DNA of 64,000 nt from Dictyostelium discoideum (taxonomy: Eukaryota): NCBI GenBank assembly GCA_000004695.1, contig CM000152.2:2656001-2720000 (forward strand). The letters are read 5' to 3'. The notes beneath the pieces were generated by a model. It searched no databases. It was not told where the DNA came from and saw only the letters and a program-made list of their open reading frames with translations. Made by a program: the position numbers and the translations under genes. Of this stretch, positions 37,141 to 47,860 are shown one piece after another (positions within the stretch are counted from its first letter, which is position 1; each line of letters starts with the position of its first letter).

Positions 37141-37289
37141 GAGTTCCAAGGCCAACTGTTCCACCAATCCAAGAAACAGTGCAAATAACCACAAACCCAC
37201 GTGTAACATACATATTGGAATACGAAAGTCTTCAAAAAGTTTGTCAAAGTAAATACTATTCAGATGGCGATGTATGTTACCAGATTAAT

Positions 37290-37335
<46 letters not shown>

Positions 37336-37608
37336 TTAAATAAATAGGTTTCAAATTTCTTTATTACTGGAATAATTAAACAAGCTGGTGGTAGTAACGA
37401 AGATTGTACCAGTCAAAATATTTTTGCAAGGTTAACGAAATGGGTAAGTAATAAGGAAAGTAACCCAAGAACAAAAGTAGCTGGCAGTTTAGCCATTTAT
37501 TCAAAAGGTGAGAAAAACCACAATTTTAAAGTTTATATTTTCGATAGCCAAGTATTTTTTGGTAATGAAATTGTGTGTATAAATTAATATAATCAAAATT
37601 TACAAATA

Positions 37609-37651
<43 letters not shown>

Positions 37652-37922
37652 AAATATAGTTTTCCCCTGCTTTACTTTCTCTTTTTCTCAACCACATTAA
37701 TTATGAAAATTATCAAAATGATATTTTCATAAAAGAGTTTGTTGACTCTTGTAAAACAGGTGAAGAGAAACACTGGTACCCAGATTCAGTTCCTTTAATA
37801 AAGAGATTAATTTCAATATTAAATGATTTTAGTAGTAAATTTGACTCTAAGGCTAAAATGAGAAAAGATGCACAAGAAGCTTTTCAATTTCCTAATTCTG
37901 CACTTTACTTAAATTCTTCCCA
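37141..37922 (+). CDS. Remnant 3' exons of a host gene (hypothetical), 5' part displaced by transposon insertions
   Basis: Coding-like frames with GTAAGT donors and AG acceptors: about 37141..37293 (VPRPTVPPIQETVQITTNPRVTYILEYESLQKVCQSKYYSDGDVCYQ), about 37335..37448, and 37667..37922 (...DIFIKEFVDSCKTGEEKHWYPDSVPLIKRLISILNDFSSKFDSKAKMRKDAQEAFQFPNSALYLNSSQ, then stop). No domain recognised. Confidence 0.3.
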
Positions 37923-37989
37923 ATAAAAGTTTTAAAATAATTTTTAAAATTTAAAAATAAATTTTATTATTAAAAAATAATATATCTGT

Positions 37990-38447
37990 GTATTTTATTT
38001 TTCACTTAAAATTTTATTTCATACTATAGTTTTAAAATAATTTTTAAATTTTTTTTATTTATTTTTGTAGCATTATTAATAAGGTGCTTTTAAATGTAAT
38101 TATTAATAAACTTTAAAATTCAATTTTTAAGGAGCTTTAAAATGTAATTATTAATATAATTTTTAATCATATTTTTAAGTAATTTTAAAGAGCATTATAA
38201 AGATAATTTTAAAGGGCATTTTAAACTTAATTTTAAAGAGCATTATAAAGGTAATTTTAAAGGTCATTTTAAAGGTAATTTTCAAGGTCATTTTAAAGGT
38301 GATTTTAAAGGTGATTTTAAAGGTGATTTTAAAGGTCATTTAAAAAATTGCTTTTAAATTAATTTTTAAGTGACTTTTTTATAGGACTTTAAATCCACTT
38401 TTAATTTAATTTAAAGTTGCTTTAAAGGTGTAATTTTCATCGCTGTG
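37990..38447 (+). repeat. Unclassified TIR/TTTAAAGG element, diverged half-copy (right half ending ...CATCGCTGTG)
   Basis: Arrays of ttaaaggtgatt/ttaaaggtcatt units ending in the characteristic terminus ggtgtaattttcatcgctgtg. It abuts the 5' truncation point of the non-LTR element. Confidence 0.5.
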
Positions 38448-39027
38448 AATCGAAGCCATCAGAATTTCAAATAACCTAATGGATATGGACCAACTAAATA
38501 AAAGACCCACCTTCTCAAGAACGATACACAACACAAACAATAACCTCACAAGAATCTTGGAAAGGAGACTAGACAGAATATACCTTAACAATAGCTTAAT
38601 CAACTACAGCCAATTATACTTAAGGAACCTAATCCCCCCAAAAATTAACGACATACCTCTATCAGATCACAACTTCCTATCAACCACTTTCACTCTACCC
38701 AACATACAGATGAACAAGCGCAGATGGAGATTAAAAAAATCCTCAATCCTCTCAAGCATAATGCTTAAGAAAATAGACTTCCTACTTAACGATTATTCAA
38801 GGGAGCTGTCATCCAACCATAACTCTATTTCCTTCTCTCAACTCAACAGCTTACTGAACAAAATAAAACAACTATACACCGAATTTCAAAAACAAAACGA
38901 CTACAACAATAAGGCAAACATCAAAAATCTAATCTCCCTACTAGAGACATAATTTAAAGACCAAGCCTTCGCAACCCTTTCAGCAATAAATGAATCTAAA
39001 AAAAGAGAAGAACAACTTAAACAAGAA

Positions 39028-40215
39028 TTGAACAACTATTGCGAAGAAACCTCACTCAAGTACATCTCCGCGAGAATCAAGAAAAGACACAATGATTTCA
39101 CCATCAACGCAGTAAAAGATGTACAAGGTAGAACAAATAACAAACAGGAATTGATCGAAGAAGAATACGTAAAATATTACTCAAATCTTTATGACTACAA
39201 AGAAGATGACCCACTATCTCATTACGAAATGTTGGAAAATTGGACAGTGACCAGGGACTCAACATGGGACAACCTTGAAAATGAATTCACCTCACAAGAA
39301 ATCCTAGAAGTAATAAAACAACTGAACCCACACAAATCTCCAGGTCCAGATGGAATTCCAAACTTATTCTACATAACACACAAAGAAAAACTAGCTCCAA
39401 TACTGGCCTCAGCATTCAACGACACTCTAAGAAATCCTCATCTAAATAGCAAAAATTACAAAGAAGGCCTCATTATCACGATACCTAAAAAGGGAGACCC
39501 CGAACTAATCAAAAACAGAAGACCAATTACACTGGCTAACTGTATATATAAAATCCACTCAAAGCTAATAAACAATAGAATAATCCCAATACTAACGAAA
39601 GTGATCAACCACTATCAAAAAGGTTTCGTACCAGGCAGATTCATTATAGATAATATCATATCAATGAACGAATTAATCAACTATTGTAATGATAAAAGAA
39701 TTAACGGAATAATTACACTATATGATTTCGAAAAAGCTTTTGACTCGATCTCACACGGTTCAATACTTAGATCACTACAACACATCAACATTCCAACCAA
39801 TATAATCAACCTGATAATGAATCTACTCACCAAATCTGAAGCAAGAATTGAAATTAATGGTAGAACTACTATACCCTTTGAGATCAAAAGAGGAGTTAAA
39901 CAAGGAGATCCACTATCACCCACACTGTTCGTCCTTGTAATAGAGGCTTTAGCTAGAAAAATTTTACAAGATGATCGAATTACTGGCCTTCCTCTAAACA
40001 ACAGCAACCACAGAGAGAAATTCCAAAGCTTTGCAGACGACTCGGCTTCAATGGTCCCAGACTCTCAACAACTTGAATTAGTACTACAACACTTCAATTC
40101 ATTTTGCAAAGCCACTTCCTCAAAACTAAACATCGACAAATCTTCATCAATTCTTATAGGCAACCCAGACAATACCAACACAGCGAAGAAAAAACCACCT
40201 TTAAATTCGCTTTAA
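39028..40215 (+). CDS. Reverse transcriptase segment of the non-LTR ORF2 (395 aa), C-terminally cut by the nested insertion at 40179
   Basis: LINE-type RT motifs. The reading frame runs into the inserted element (...NTNTAKKKPPLNSL then stop) and resumes in ORF 41720..43162 after the insertion. Confidence 0.7.
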   Translation: MNNYCEETSLKYISARIKKRHNDFTINAVKDVQGRTNNKQELIEEEYVKYYSNLYDYKEDDPLSHYEMLENWTVTRDSTWDNLENEFTSQEILEVIKQLNPHKSPGPDGIPNLFYITHKEKLAPILASAFNDTLRNPHLNSKNYKEGLIITIPKKGDPELIKNRRPITLANCIYKIHSKLINNRIIPILTKVINHYQKGFVPGRFIIDNIISMNELINYCNDKRINGIITLYDFEKAFDSISHGSILRSLQHINIPTNIINLIMNLLTKSEARIEINGRTTIPFEIKRGVKQGDPLSPTLFVLVIEALARKILQDDRITGLPLNNSNHREKFQSFADDSASMVPDSQQLELVLQHFNSFCKATSSKLNIDKSSSILIGNPDNTNTAKKKPPLNSL

Positions 40216-41722
40216 ATTAAATTTAAATTTGCTTTAAAGTCCTGAATTAAAGCAATTTTAAAGGTAATTTTAAAGGTAATTTTTAAGGTTACTTTAAAAC
40301 CACCTTAAAAATTACCTTTAAAATTACCTTTAATTACCTTTTTAATGGCTTTAAAAGCGAGGTCCTGAGTTCGAAGCCGTTATTTAACGGATAAATTTTT
40401 TAAAATTTTTTTTTTTAATTTTTCAAAAATTACCAAAAGGGATTCGATCCCCCGACCCTCTATCAAAGGGTAGTCTCATCAACCATTACACCATTTGATT
40501 GCTTTGATGAAAAATTTAAAAATGATAGAATATTTTATCCCCATTTTTTTGTTCTAAAATTACACAGCGAAGAAAAAACCACCTTTAAATTCGCTTTAAA
40601 TTAAATTTAAATTTGCTTTAAAGTCCTGAATTAAAAAAATTTTAAAGGTAATTTTAAAGGTAATTTTTAAGGTTACTTTAAAACCACCTTAAAAATTACC
40701 TTTAAAATTACCTTTAAAATTACCTTTTTAATGGCTTTAAAAGCGAGGTCCTGAGTTCGAAGCCGTTATTTAACGGATAAATTTTTTAAAATTTTTTTTT
40801 TTAATTTTTCAAAAATTACCAAAAGGGATTCGATCCCCCGACCCTCTATCAAAGGGTAGTCTCATCAACCATTAAACCATTTGATTGCTTTGATGAAAAA
40901 TTTAAAAATGATAGAATATTTTATCCCCATTTTTTTGTTCTAAAATTAGATCTTTTTTATTAAAAACCTTAAATTTATGTTTAAAGGAAATTTAAATTCA
41001 CTTTAAATATACTTTAAATCTACTTTAAATCCTATTTAAAATTAATTTAAAATAAATTTTAAAGGTATTTTTAAATATCTTAAAAATTATCTTAAAAATT
41101 ACCTTAAAAATCACCTTTAAAATCACCTTTAAAATCACCTTTAAAATTGCTTAAAAATTTATTTTAAAGCAAATTTTAAAGGCATTTTTAAATATCTTAA
41201 AAATTACCTTAAAAATTACCTTAAAAATGAATTTTTTAAACGCGGCTTTAAATTCAATTTAAATCCAATTTAAATCAACTTTTCTTTAAATTTGCTTTAA
41301 AGGTGCATTTTTCTTTGCTGTGTAGATCTTTTTTATTAAAAACCTTAAATTTATGTTTAAAGGAAATTTAAATTCACTTTAAATCTACTTTAAATCTACT
41401 TTAAATCCTATTTAAAATTAATTTAAAATAAATTTTAAAGGTATTTTTAAATATCTTAAAAATTATCTTAAAAATTACCTTAAAAATCACCTTTAAAATC
41501 ACCTTTAAAATCACCTTTAAAATCACCTTTAAAATCACCTTTAAAATTGCTTAAAAATTTATTTTAAAGCAAATTTTAAAGGCATTTTTAAATATCTTAA
41601 AAATTACCTTAAAAATTACCTTAAAAATGAATTTTTTAAACGCGGCTTTAAATTCAATTTAAATCCAATTTAAATCAACTTTTCTTTAAATTTGCTTTAA
41701 AGGTGCATTTTTCTTTGCTGTG
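40179..41722 (+). mobile_element. Unclassified TIR/TTTAAAGG element, copy 3: rearranged left-left-right-right double copy inside the non-LTR ORF2
   Basis: Two tandem left halves (40179..40563 and 40564..40947), each with the tRNA-like core, followed by two tandem right halves (40948..41329 and 41330..41722). The host sequence ACCAA is duplicated at both flanks, a possible 5-bp target-site duplication. Confidence 0.55.
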
Positions 41723-43259
41723 AACCAAAGAATTCCAATATCTACAAATCCAGAAAGATACTTGGGATACTTCTTCACAGGTAAAGGGATAACAAGAAAA
41801 ATGCCAGAAATATTAAACACAATAAGATCATCCTTAGTACTATGGAAAACCACTGACTCAACAATCAAAACCAAAACCAACATCCTCAAAGCATTCGCAC
41901 TCTCTAAATTAACCTACTATTCATATGTAGAGAACTTTAAGGAAGAGGAATTAAACCAAATCAATAAATTAGTCGAATGGTTTTTATCGGCACCAAACAA
42001 CAAAAATGCTAGTGGATTTCAAGTTATTAATTTAATGAGAACCAAAAGAGCAAGATACCCACTAAAAGTAGGGGGCTGGAACATTTGGAATATAGAATTG
42101 AGACAACTGGCGCAGAAACTTTGGATCATAAACCAGTTCATCCTAGCACTAGAAACCAAACAAACAAACTCATCTCATCACAAAAGCTGGGAATATCAGA
42201 TCCAAAAAAACAAATTCACATCCAGATACCTAAAAGAAAACTTAGACGAATGGAACAAAATAAGAATAAAAAAAGCAATCTTCAACAATAATCTCACATC
42301 CATAAAAAACGAAAATGGACAACCACTTTCACTGGCAGAATGGTATACCACAATTCAAGACCAAAATCCAACCATCCCTAAAACGGAATTCCAATCATCT
42401 CTAAACTTAAGAGGCTACAGCTATAATCAACTCTTCAACAACATACTGAAGATAAAAGACCCTAAAACAAGAGACACAATGTTTAGATTCCATGCCAGAT
42501 GCCTTCCAATAAACTACCTTCACAACAAACAATGCCCACTCTGCAAAGAAGATATGAGCAAAGACCCATACGGTCACCTGTTCTTCTCATGCAAGAAAAC
42601 AAAACAATTCATAAAAATAAATAAACTCAAAAATTTCATCTATATTACCACAGGCAAAGGTAAAAACTGGCACCATACAAGAATTAGGCAAAATAACAAT
42701 TTCATTAATAGAATAACTCCAAAATTATCACCGACAGCCAAAAAAGATCAAGAAGTGAATGCAGATTACGCCAACCACAGATTCCACAAAGAATACTTTG
42801 AATGGAACTATAAAGCAATAGACTATGATCTAACCAGATCATTCGCATATAGAAACCTAATGGCCCTTATCCTCCACAACATTTGGATTTGGATTTGCAA
42901 TCAAATATACAGTGAAGATCCTTTAACAGATGAATCACTATCATACAGCTCCCTTCTAAAGAAATGGCACAAATTGGCCACTCTAGAATACATCAAAAAA
43001 GCAAAAGATCTGAAAAACTTATCAGCAAAAGACCATAATAACTTCAAAGATCCTAAGATCCTTCTCACTTCAACGATCAAGCTAAGAAAAACAACAGCTA
43101 ATTACTATTGTATTCCAGAATCATCTCTCCCAAATATTATATCTTTTGATCAATTCATATGATTAAAATAACCCTTCAGCTTAAATGATAAGCCTTTAAA
43201 TAAATATTAAATAAAACTCGTATTAACACAGATGGACATATATCAATCTTGTTAATCCA

Positions 43260-43292
<33 letters not shown>

Positions 43293-44488
43293 TAAAGACC
43301 CAATCGATTAAAGAAATAATTAAAATAAGATTCGAATTTAAAACTCTTTCAAAAGATCCGGGCAACTTTAAAGACCAAAACGATTTCCAAAAACAAATAA
43401 TTAAATTAAGAAAACTAACCTGCAAAGTTTACTCCATCCTGTGATCAGTGCTTCCAAATCTTATATCATTGGATCAATTCATATAATCTTTATTACAACA
43501 CATTTTAATAATTCATATAATTCAAAAAAATAAAAAAAAGAAAAACTTCTTAATTTTTAATATTAAAATCCATAAATAAAACTATTAATTATTGTTTATA
43601 TTCCTTTCCAGAAAAACTGTAATTAATCAATATATATAAAAAAAAAAAAAAAAAAAATTCAAATAAAATATTTGTCGATTATGTAAAATAAATTAAAAAA
43701 AAAAAAAAAAAAAATCTAAATTAACACTTTATTAAATTAAGATCAAGTAAATAATTAATTAATATCTAAAAACAAGAACACTTTGATTGGGGACAAAAAT
43801 ATGTAAACTATGACCTATTCAGAACCTTTGTATTTAGAACATAAAGACATTAATAAAATCTGGTTTGGAAAGATCAACTGGTTTAAAAAAATTCCTTATT
43901 TGATAATTCAAATTAAAAAAGGAATCTAAACATTTTTAAAAAAGGAATCTAAACATAAATAAAACCATGAATTATTATTTTCTTTAATTTTTTATTTTTT
44001 TATTTTTTATTTTTTATTTTTTTTTAATATTGATTAATCAATGTTTATCCATTAATGGAAATAAACAGGTTAATTTTCTTAATTTAAAATCTTTTGCTTT
44101 TGTACCATTTGTTGGTTAGAGTATGAGAGTTTTTAATCTCTGTTCGTTCGTCTTTATGTTTCTATATGCTAATGTTCTGGATAAATCATAGTTTACACAT
44201 TTATAACCCCATTCGAAATATTCTTTGTGGAATCTTAGATTTGCCTAGCCTAAGTTGACCTCATGGTCTTTCCTTATATTTGGTGGAATTATAGGTTTAA
44301 ATCTGTTAATTTATTGTTTGATCTAATTCAATAATGGGTCCAGTGTTTTACTCTACCTGTGGCAATGAAGATGAAGTTTTTCAATCTATGAGGTTAAATA
44401 ATAAATAAAATAATGTTTTCATAAAATTAAAGACTTTTTTTGTGAAATCAAAGAATTGCTTAATATATGTTAGCATATATCTAAATAC

Positions 44489-44499
44489 GGAATTGAACC
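44489..44499 (-). promoter_or_regulatory. External B-box (exB) downstream of tRNA-Ile
   Basis: GGTTCAATTCC on the minus strand, 26-36 bp past the tRNA 3' end. Confidence 0.45.
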
Positions 44500-44524
44500 A
44501 ACGATCGTATAAAGAATTCTTAAA

Positions 44525-44597
44525 AAAAAGAACTTGCTCGATGCAGGGATCGAACCTGCGACCGTGGCGTTATTAGCACCACGCTCTGCCGACTGAG
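44525..44597 (-). tRNA. tRNA-Ile (anticodon AAU)
   Basis: The reverse complement GCTCGATTAGCTCAGTCGGCAGAGCGTGGTGCTAATAACGCCACGGTCGCAGGTTCGATCCCTGCATCGAGCA has a perfect 7-bp acceptor stem, D-loop AGCTCAGTCGG, anticodon loop CTAATAA and T-loop GGTTCGATCC. Confidence 0.85.
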
Positions 44598-44611
44598 CTA
44601 ATCGAGCTTTT

Positions 44612-44989
44612 TATATTTTTCTGTAATAAAGTTACTCTATAAAATTAATAGATATTAAATATGCATATTACATTACTAATTATAGTTGACACACATTTAA
44701 ATAATATAATAATAATACTGTCAACTCATTATAAATAATATAAATACTAAAGAATAATTTTATTAACAATATTGAATATTATAAATATAAACTAATATTA
44801 AATAAAGATAACAAAGTATTATTCAATTATATAATTATTAATTATATATATTTATAAAGCTAACAAGCTTTATTACATTTGGCGACATCGTCTTTCAAAA
44901 AAAAAAAAAAAATATATATACTATAAATATAAAGTTATCAAATTATTCAATCAATTAAAATTGTACATTAGATTAAATTTAATTTAATA

Positions 44990-45059
<70 letters not shown>

Positions 45060-46335
45060 GAATAATAATGAAAACATAATTTTTTCGGGCGATGGAAAAG
45101 GTTTATCATTTCGTAAATTCAAACACTTACTCTTACTAATTCATGGCGAGGAAATATCGAAAGCTGATATTATTAGAAAACTAAGAAACAATGCATTGGA
45201 ATATGCCGCAACATTGGATACAAACTTAACAGCAATGGAGATAATTGAAGATCTTAAAGATGCTTTTGATATTGGTGATAGTGATGATTTAACAGAATTA
45301 ACAAAGTTGGGAGAATATAAATACAATACATTAGATATATTAATTGGTAAATTTCTATCAAAATGTTCAGCAGTTGATATTTCAGAAAAGTTTAAAATAC
45401 AATTGTTTTATTCAGCTGTTGGCACTGAATTGGGTATTGAAATTACAAAATGTGCACCAAAATCATTAAAAAGAGCAATAGATATTGCAAAGTCTTGTGA
45501 AGATGGTTCAATTCGTATCAAAGGTAGATCAATGTACACTGGTCAATTAGTTGCAAAGACGTTGCAAGAATTTGGTAATCAAAGATATCTAGGTTCGGGT
45601 TCTGGTTATTCTTCAACATCCCCTCAATATGTTACATCTCAAAACGAACAACAATCAATTGAATCTGAAGAAATTTCAACACCAATTTTTAAAAATCAAT
45701 ATTATAATCGATCACCACAAATGTCACCACAATCATCCCCTTATAAAGCACCACAAAATCAAGTAAATTCAATCACAAAATTTTGTAAATATTGCAAAAA
45801 GAAAGGTCATGTAATTCAAGAGTGTTGGTCAAAAGATAAAAATAATAATAACAATTACAATAATAGAACTAATTCAATTACAATGGTCAATAATAGTACA
45901 ATTAATTCAATTGGAATAGATAGTATGAATGCAGCTTTATTAATAAATAATAAAAATGTTAGAGGTTTGATTGATACTGGTTCATCACTTACTATTGTTT
46001 GGGAAAGTATTGCTAAAAAGTTAAAATTAAAGATTGAAAATAAACAATATTCTGTTAAATCAGCATCAAATAATGAAATCAAAATCATTGGAATAAGTAA
46101 CACAACAATTAAATTAGGTAAAGCATTGGCTAGAGTTAAAGTTAATGTTGTTAAAGATAATGATACATCAATTGATTGTATATTTGGCATTGATACAATA
46201 ATTGGATTAAATTTAGTCATTGATTTTAAAGAAATGATCATTAAGAATCTTGAATTCAATGTTGGTACCAAATTAATATCTAAAGAAACCCAACCATGTA
46301 TACAAACTATATTTAAAACAGTATCTGATTATTCA

Positions 46336-46366
<31 letters not shown>

Positions 46367-47219
46367 CATCAAAATCAGAATTATTAACAGATACTGATCA
46401 TTTAATTGAAAATTTTAATTCTCATCATATACTATCAATCAAATCGTGTCCAACTATTGAAGAACAACTACCAATAGATTACGATATTCCAGAATTCTTA
46501 TTCCAAGAACCAATAGATTCACCAATAACATCAAATTTACCATTAAAATCAATATCATTAAATCAAACAGAGAATTCAATAATTAAATCACAAATAACCT
46601 CAATTCAACCATTAATAAGAAATCCATGTACAAATTTATCAAGATTAGATTTTGCTCATAATTTCGCCCAAATTGTAAATAATAACTTCAAACGTCCTTG
46701 TCTCATTAAGGATAATCTTGGTAAAGACCAATTATCACAAATTAATAAAAAAGTTTCTCGTTCAAATATTCAAGTAGGAGATTATGTCTATTTACAATCC
46801 ACTGTTGGTCCAGTAAAGCTCAATAAATCTTGGGAAGGTCTTTTCAAAGTACATGAGAGAGTTAGCGATTTAAAATTCAAATTAGTATTGGATAATATTA
46901 AAAATCATGATGTGTTTTATATTAAAAGATTGAAAAATTTTTTTCAACTAAAAGGGGGGGATATGTAATAAAGTTACTCTATAAAATTAATAGATATTAA
47001 ATATGCATATTACATTACTAATTATAGTTGACACACATTTAAATAATATAATAATAATACTGTCAACTCATTATAAATAATATAAATACTAAAGAATAAT
47101 TTTATTAACAATATTGAATATTATAAATATAAACTAATATTAAATAAAGATAACAAAGTATTATTCAATTATATAATTATTAATTATATATATTTATAAA
47201 GCTAACAAGCTTTATTACA
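44612..47219 (+). mobile_element. DGLT-A-like LTR retroelement, internally deleted (LTR, gag-protease, LTR), 14 bp upstream of tRNA-Ile
   Basis: Direct LTRs 44612..44877 and 46964..47219 (~260 bp, TGTAATAAAG...CTTTATTACA, i.e. TG...CA with inverted termini). A primer-binding-site-like TGGCGACATCGTC lies 2 nt after the 5' LTR. Flanking TTTC on both sides is a candidate 4-bp target-site duplication. The position 13-33 bp upstream of a tRNA gene and the LTR size fit DGLT-A. Confidence 0.6.
45058..46968 (+). CDS. Gag-protease polyprotein (636 aa) with CCHC zinc knuckle and aspartic protease; no RT or integrase present
   Basis: CKYCKKKGHVIQECWSK (CX2CX4HX4C) and protease LIDTGSSLTIV...IFGIDTI. 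The stop codon overlaps the start of the 3' LTR. Confidence 0.7.
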
Positions 47220-47382
47220 TTTCCATTGAAAATTGGTAGCTGAGGTCATAAAATTTTCAATCATTCGAACCGCATCAATAAAAAGAAGACTCGAAAAATT
47301 CAGCCACAACTGGAACTCGAAACTCATGACCATAAACATCCGGGAACACTTCATACCATACTGCTCATATAACACCAACTAC

Positions 47383-47413
<31 letters not shown>
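47220..47413 (+). mobile_element. Short 5'-truncated non-LTR 3' end (~165 bp plus A27)
   Basis: A non-AT-rich segment (ccattgaaaattggtagctgaggtcat...ccaactactctt) ending in poly(A), right after the DGLT-A-like 3' LTR. It differs from the tcttttgatcaattc-type tail, so a second non-LTR family is present. Its orientation (5' towards the tRNA-Ile) is that of a TRE5-type element. Confidence 0.4.
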
Positions 47414-47518
47414 TTATAACATTAATAATAATAATAATAATATAATAATAATAATAATAATAATATAATAATAATAATAATATAATAATAATAATAATAA
47501 TAATAAAAATAAGAATAA

Positions 47519-47556
<38 letters not shown>

Positions 47557-47860
47557 AAACTCTCCTAGAACACACTCAAATTGAGTGATGTTATTAAAAA
47601 AAAAAAAAAAGTCATAAAAAATTTATCCTATAATTATAAAATTCTTTCCATTAAGGAAAAGTTTAAATACTAAAACCAGGAAACACCTCCTTTAATAGAA
47701 ATCAAAAAAACAATCAAATATAAAAGGTATAGATCTAAATATTTCTAAGCACTACCAAAAGCCTTTGTAATCATTATAATTCCACTTTCCCATGAATGAA
47801 ATGTATATGTATTAATTTTTTTTTTTTTGTTTAAATTTTTTTATTTTTACAATTATTTTT

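Larger units (their letters stand above)
38448..43292 (+). mobile_element. Non-LTR (TRE-type) retrotransposon, 5'-truncated within the ORF2 endonuclease domain, frameshifted, interrupted by a 1.5-kb nested insertion, ending in poly(A)
   Basis: Begins inside the APE endonuclease domain (ORF 38479..38952: LDRIYLNNSL...IPLSDHNF). The RT domain is ORF 39028..40215 (FVPGRFIIDNI, FDSISH). The C-terminal Cys-rich region is ORF 41720..43162 (CPLCKEDMSKDPYGHLFFSCKKTK). A 3' UTR and A28 end at 43292. A second partial copy of the 3' end follows at about 43420..43500. Confidence 0.65.

Noticed and set aside
27533-47413. Possibility that the two dense transposon clusters (27.5-43.3 kb and 44.6-47.4 kb) represent a new multi-gene system rather than nested repeats.
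   Set aside because: Every ORF in the interval is accounted for by transposase, pol, gag or non-LTR ORF2 fragments, except the hypothetical ORF at 26998..27540, which is called out separately. Boundaries coincide with terminal repeats, poly(A) tails and target-site duplications. The novelty lies in the individual element types, not in a cellular system.
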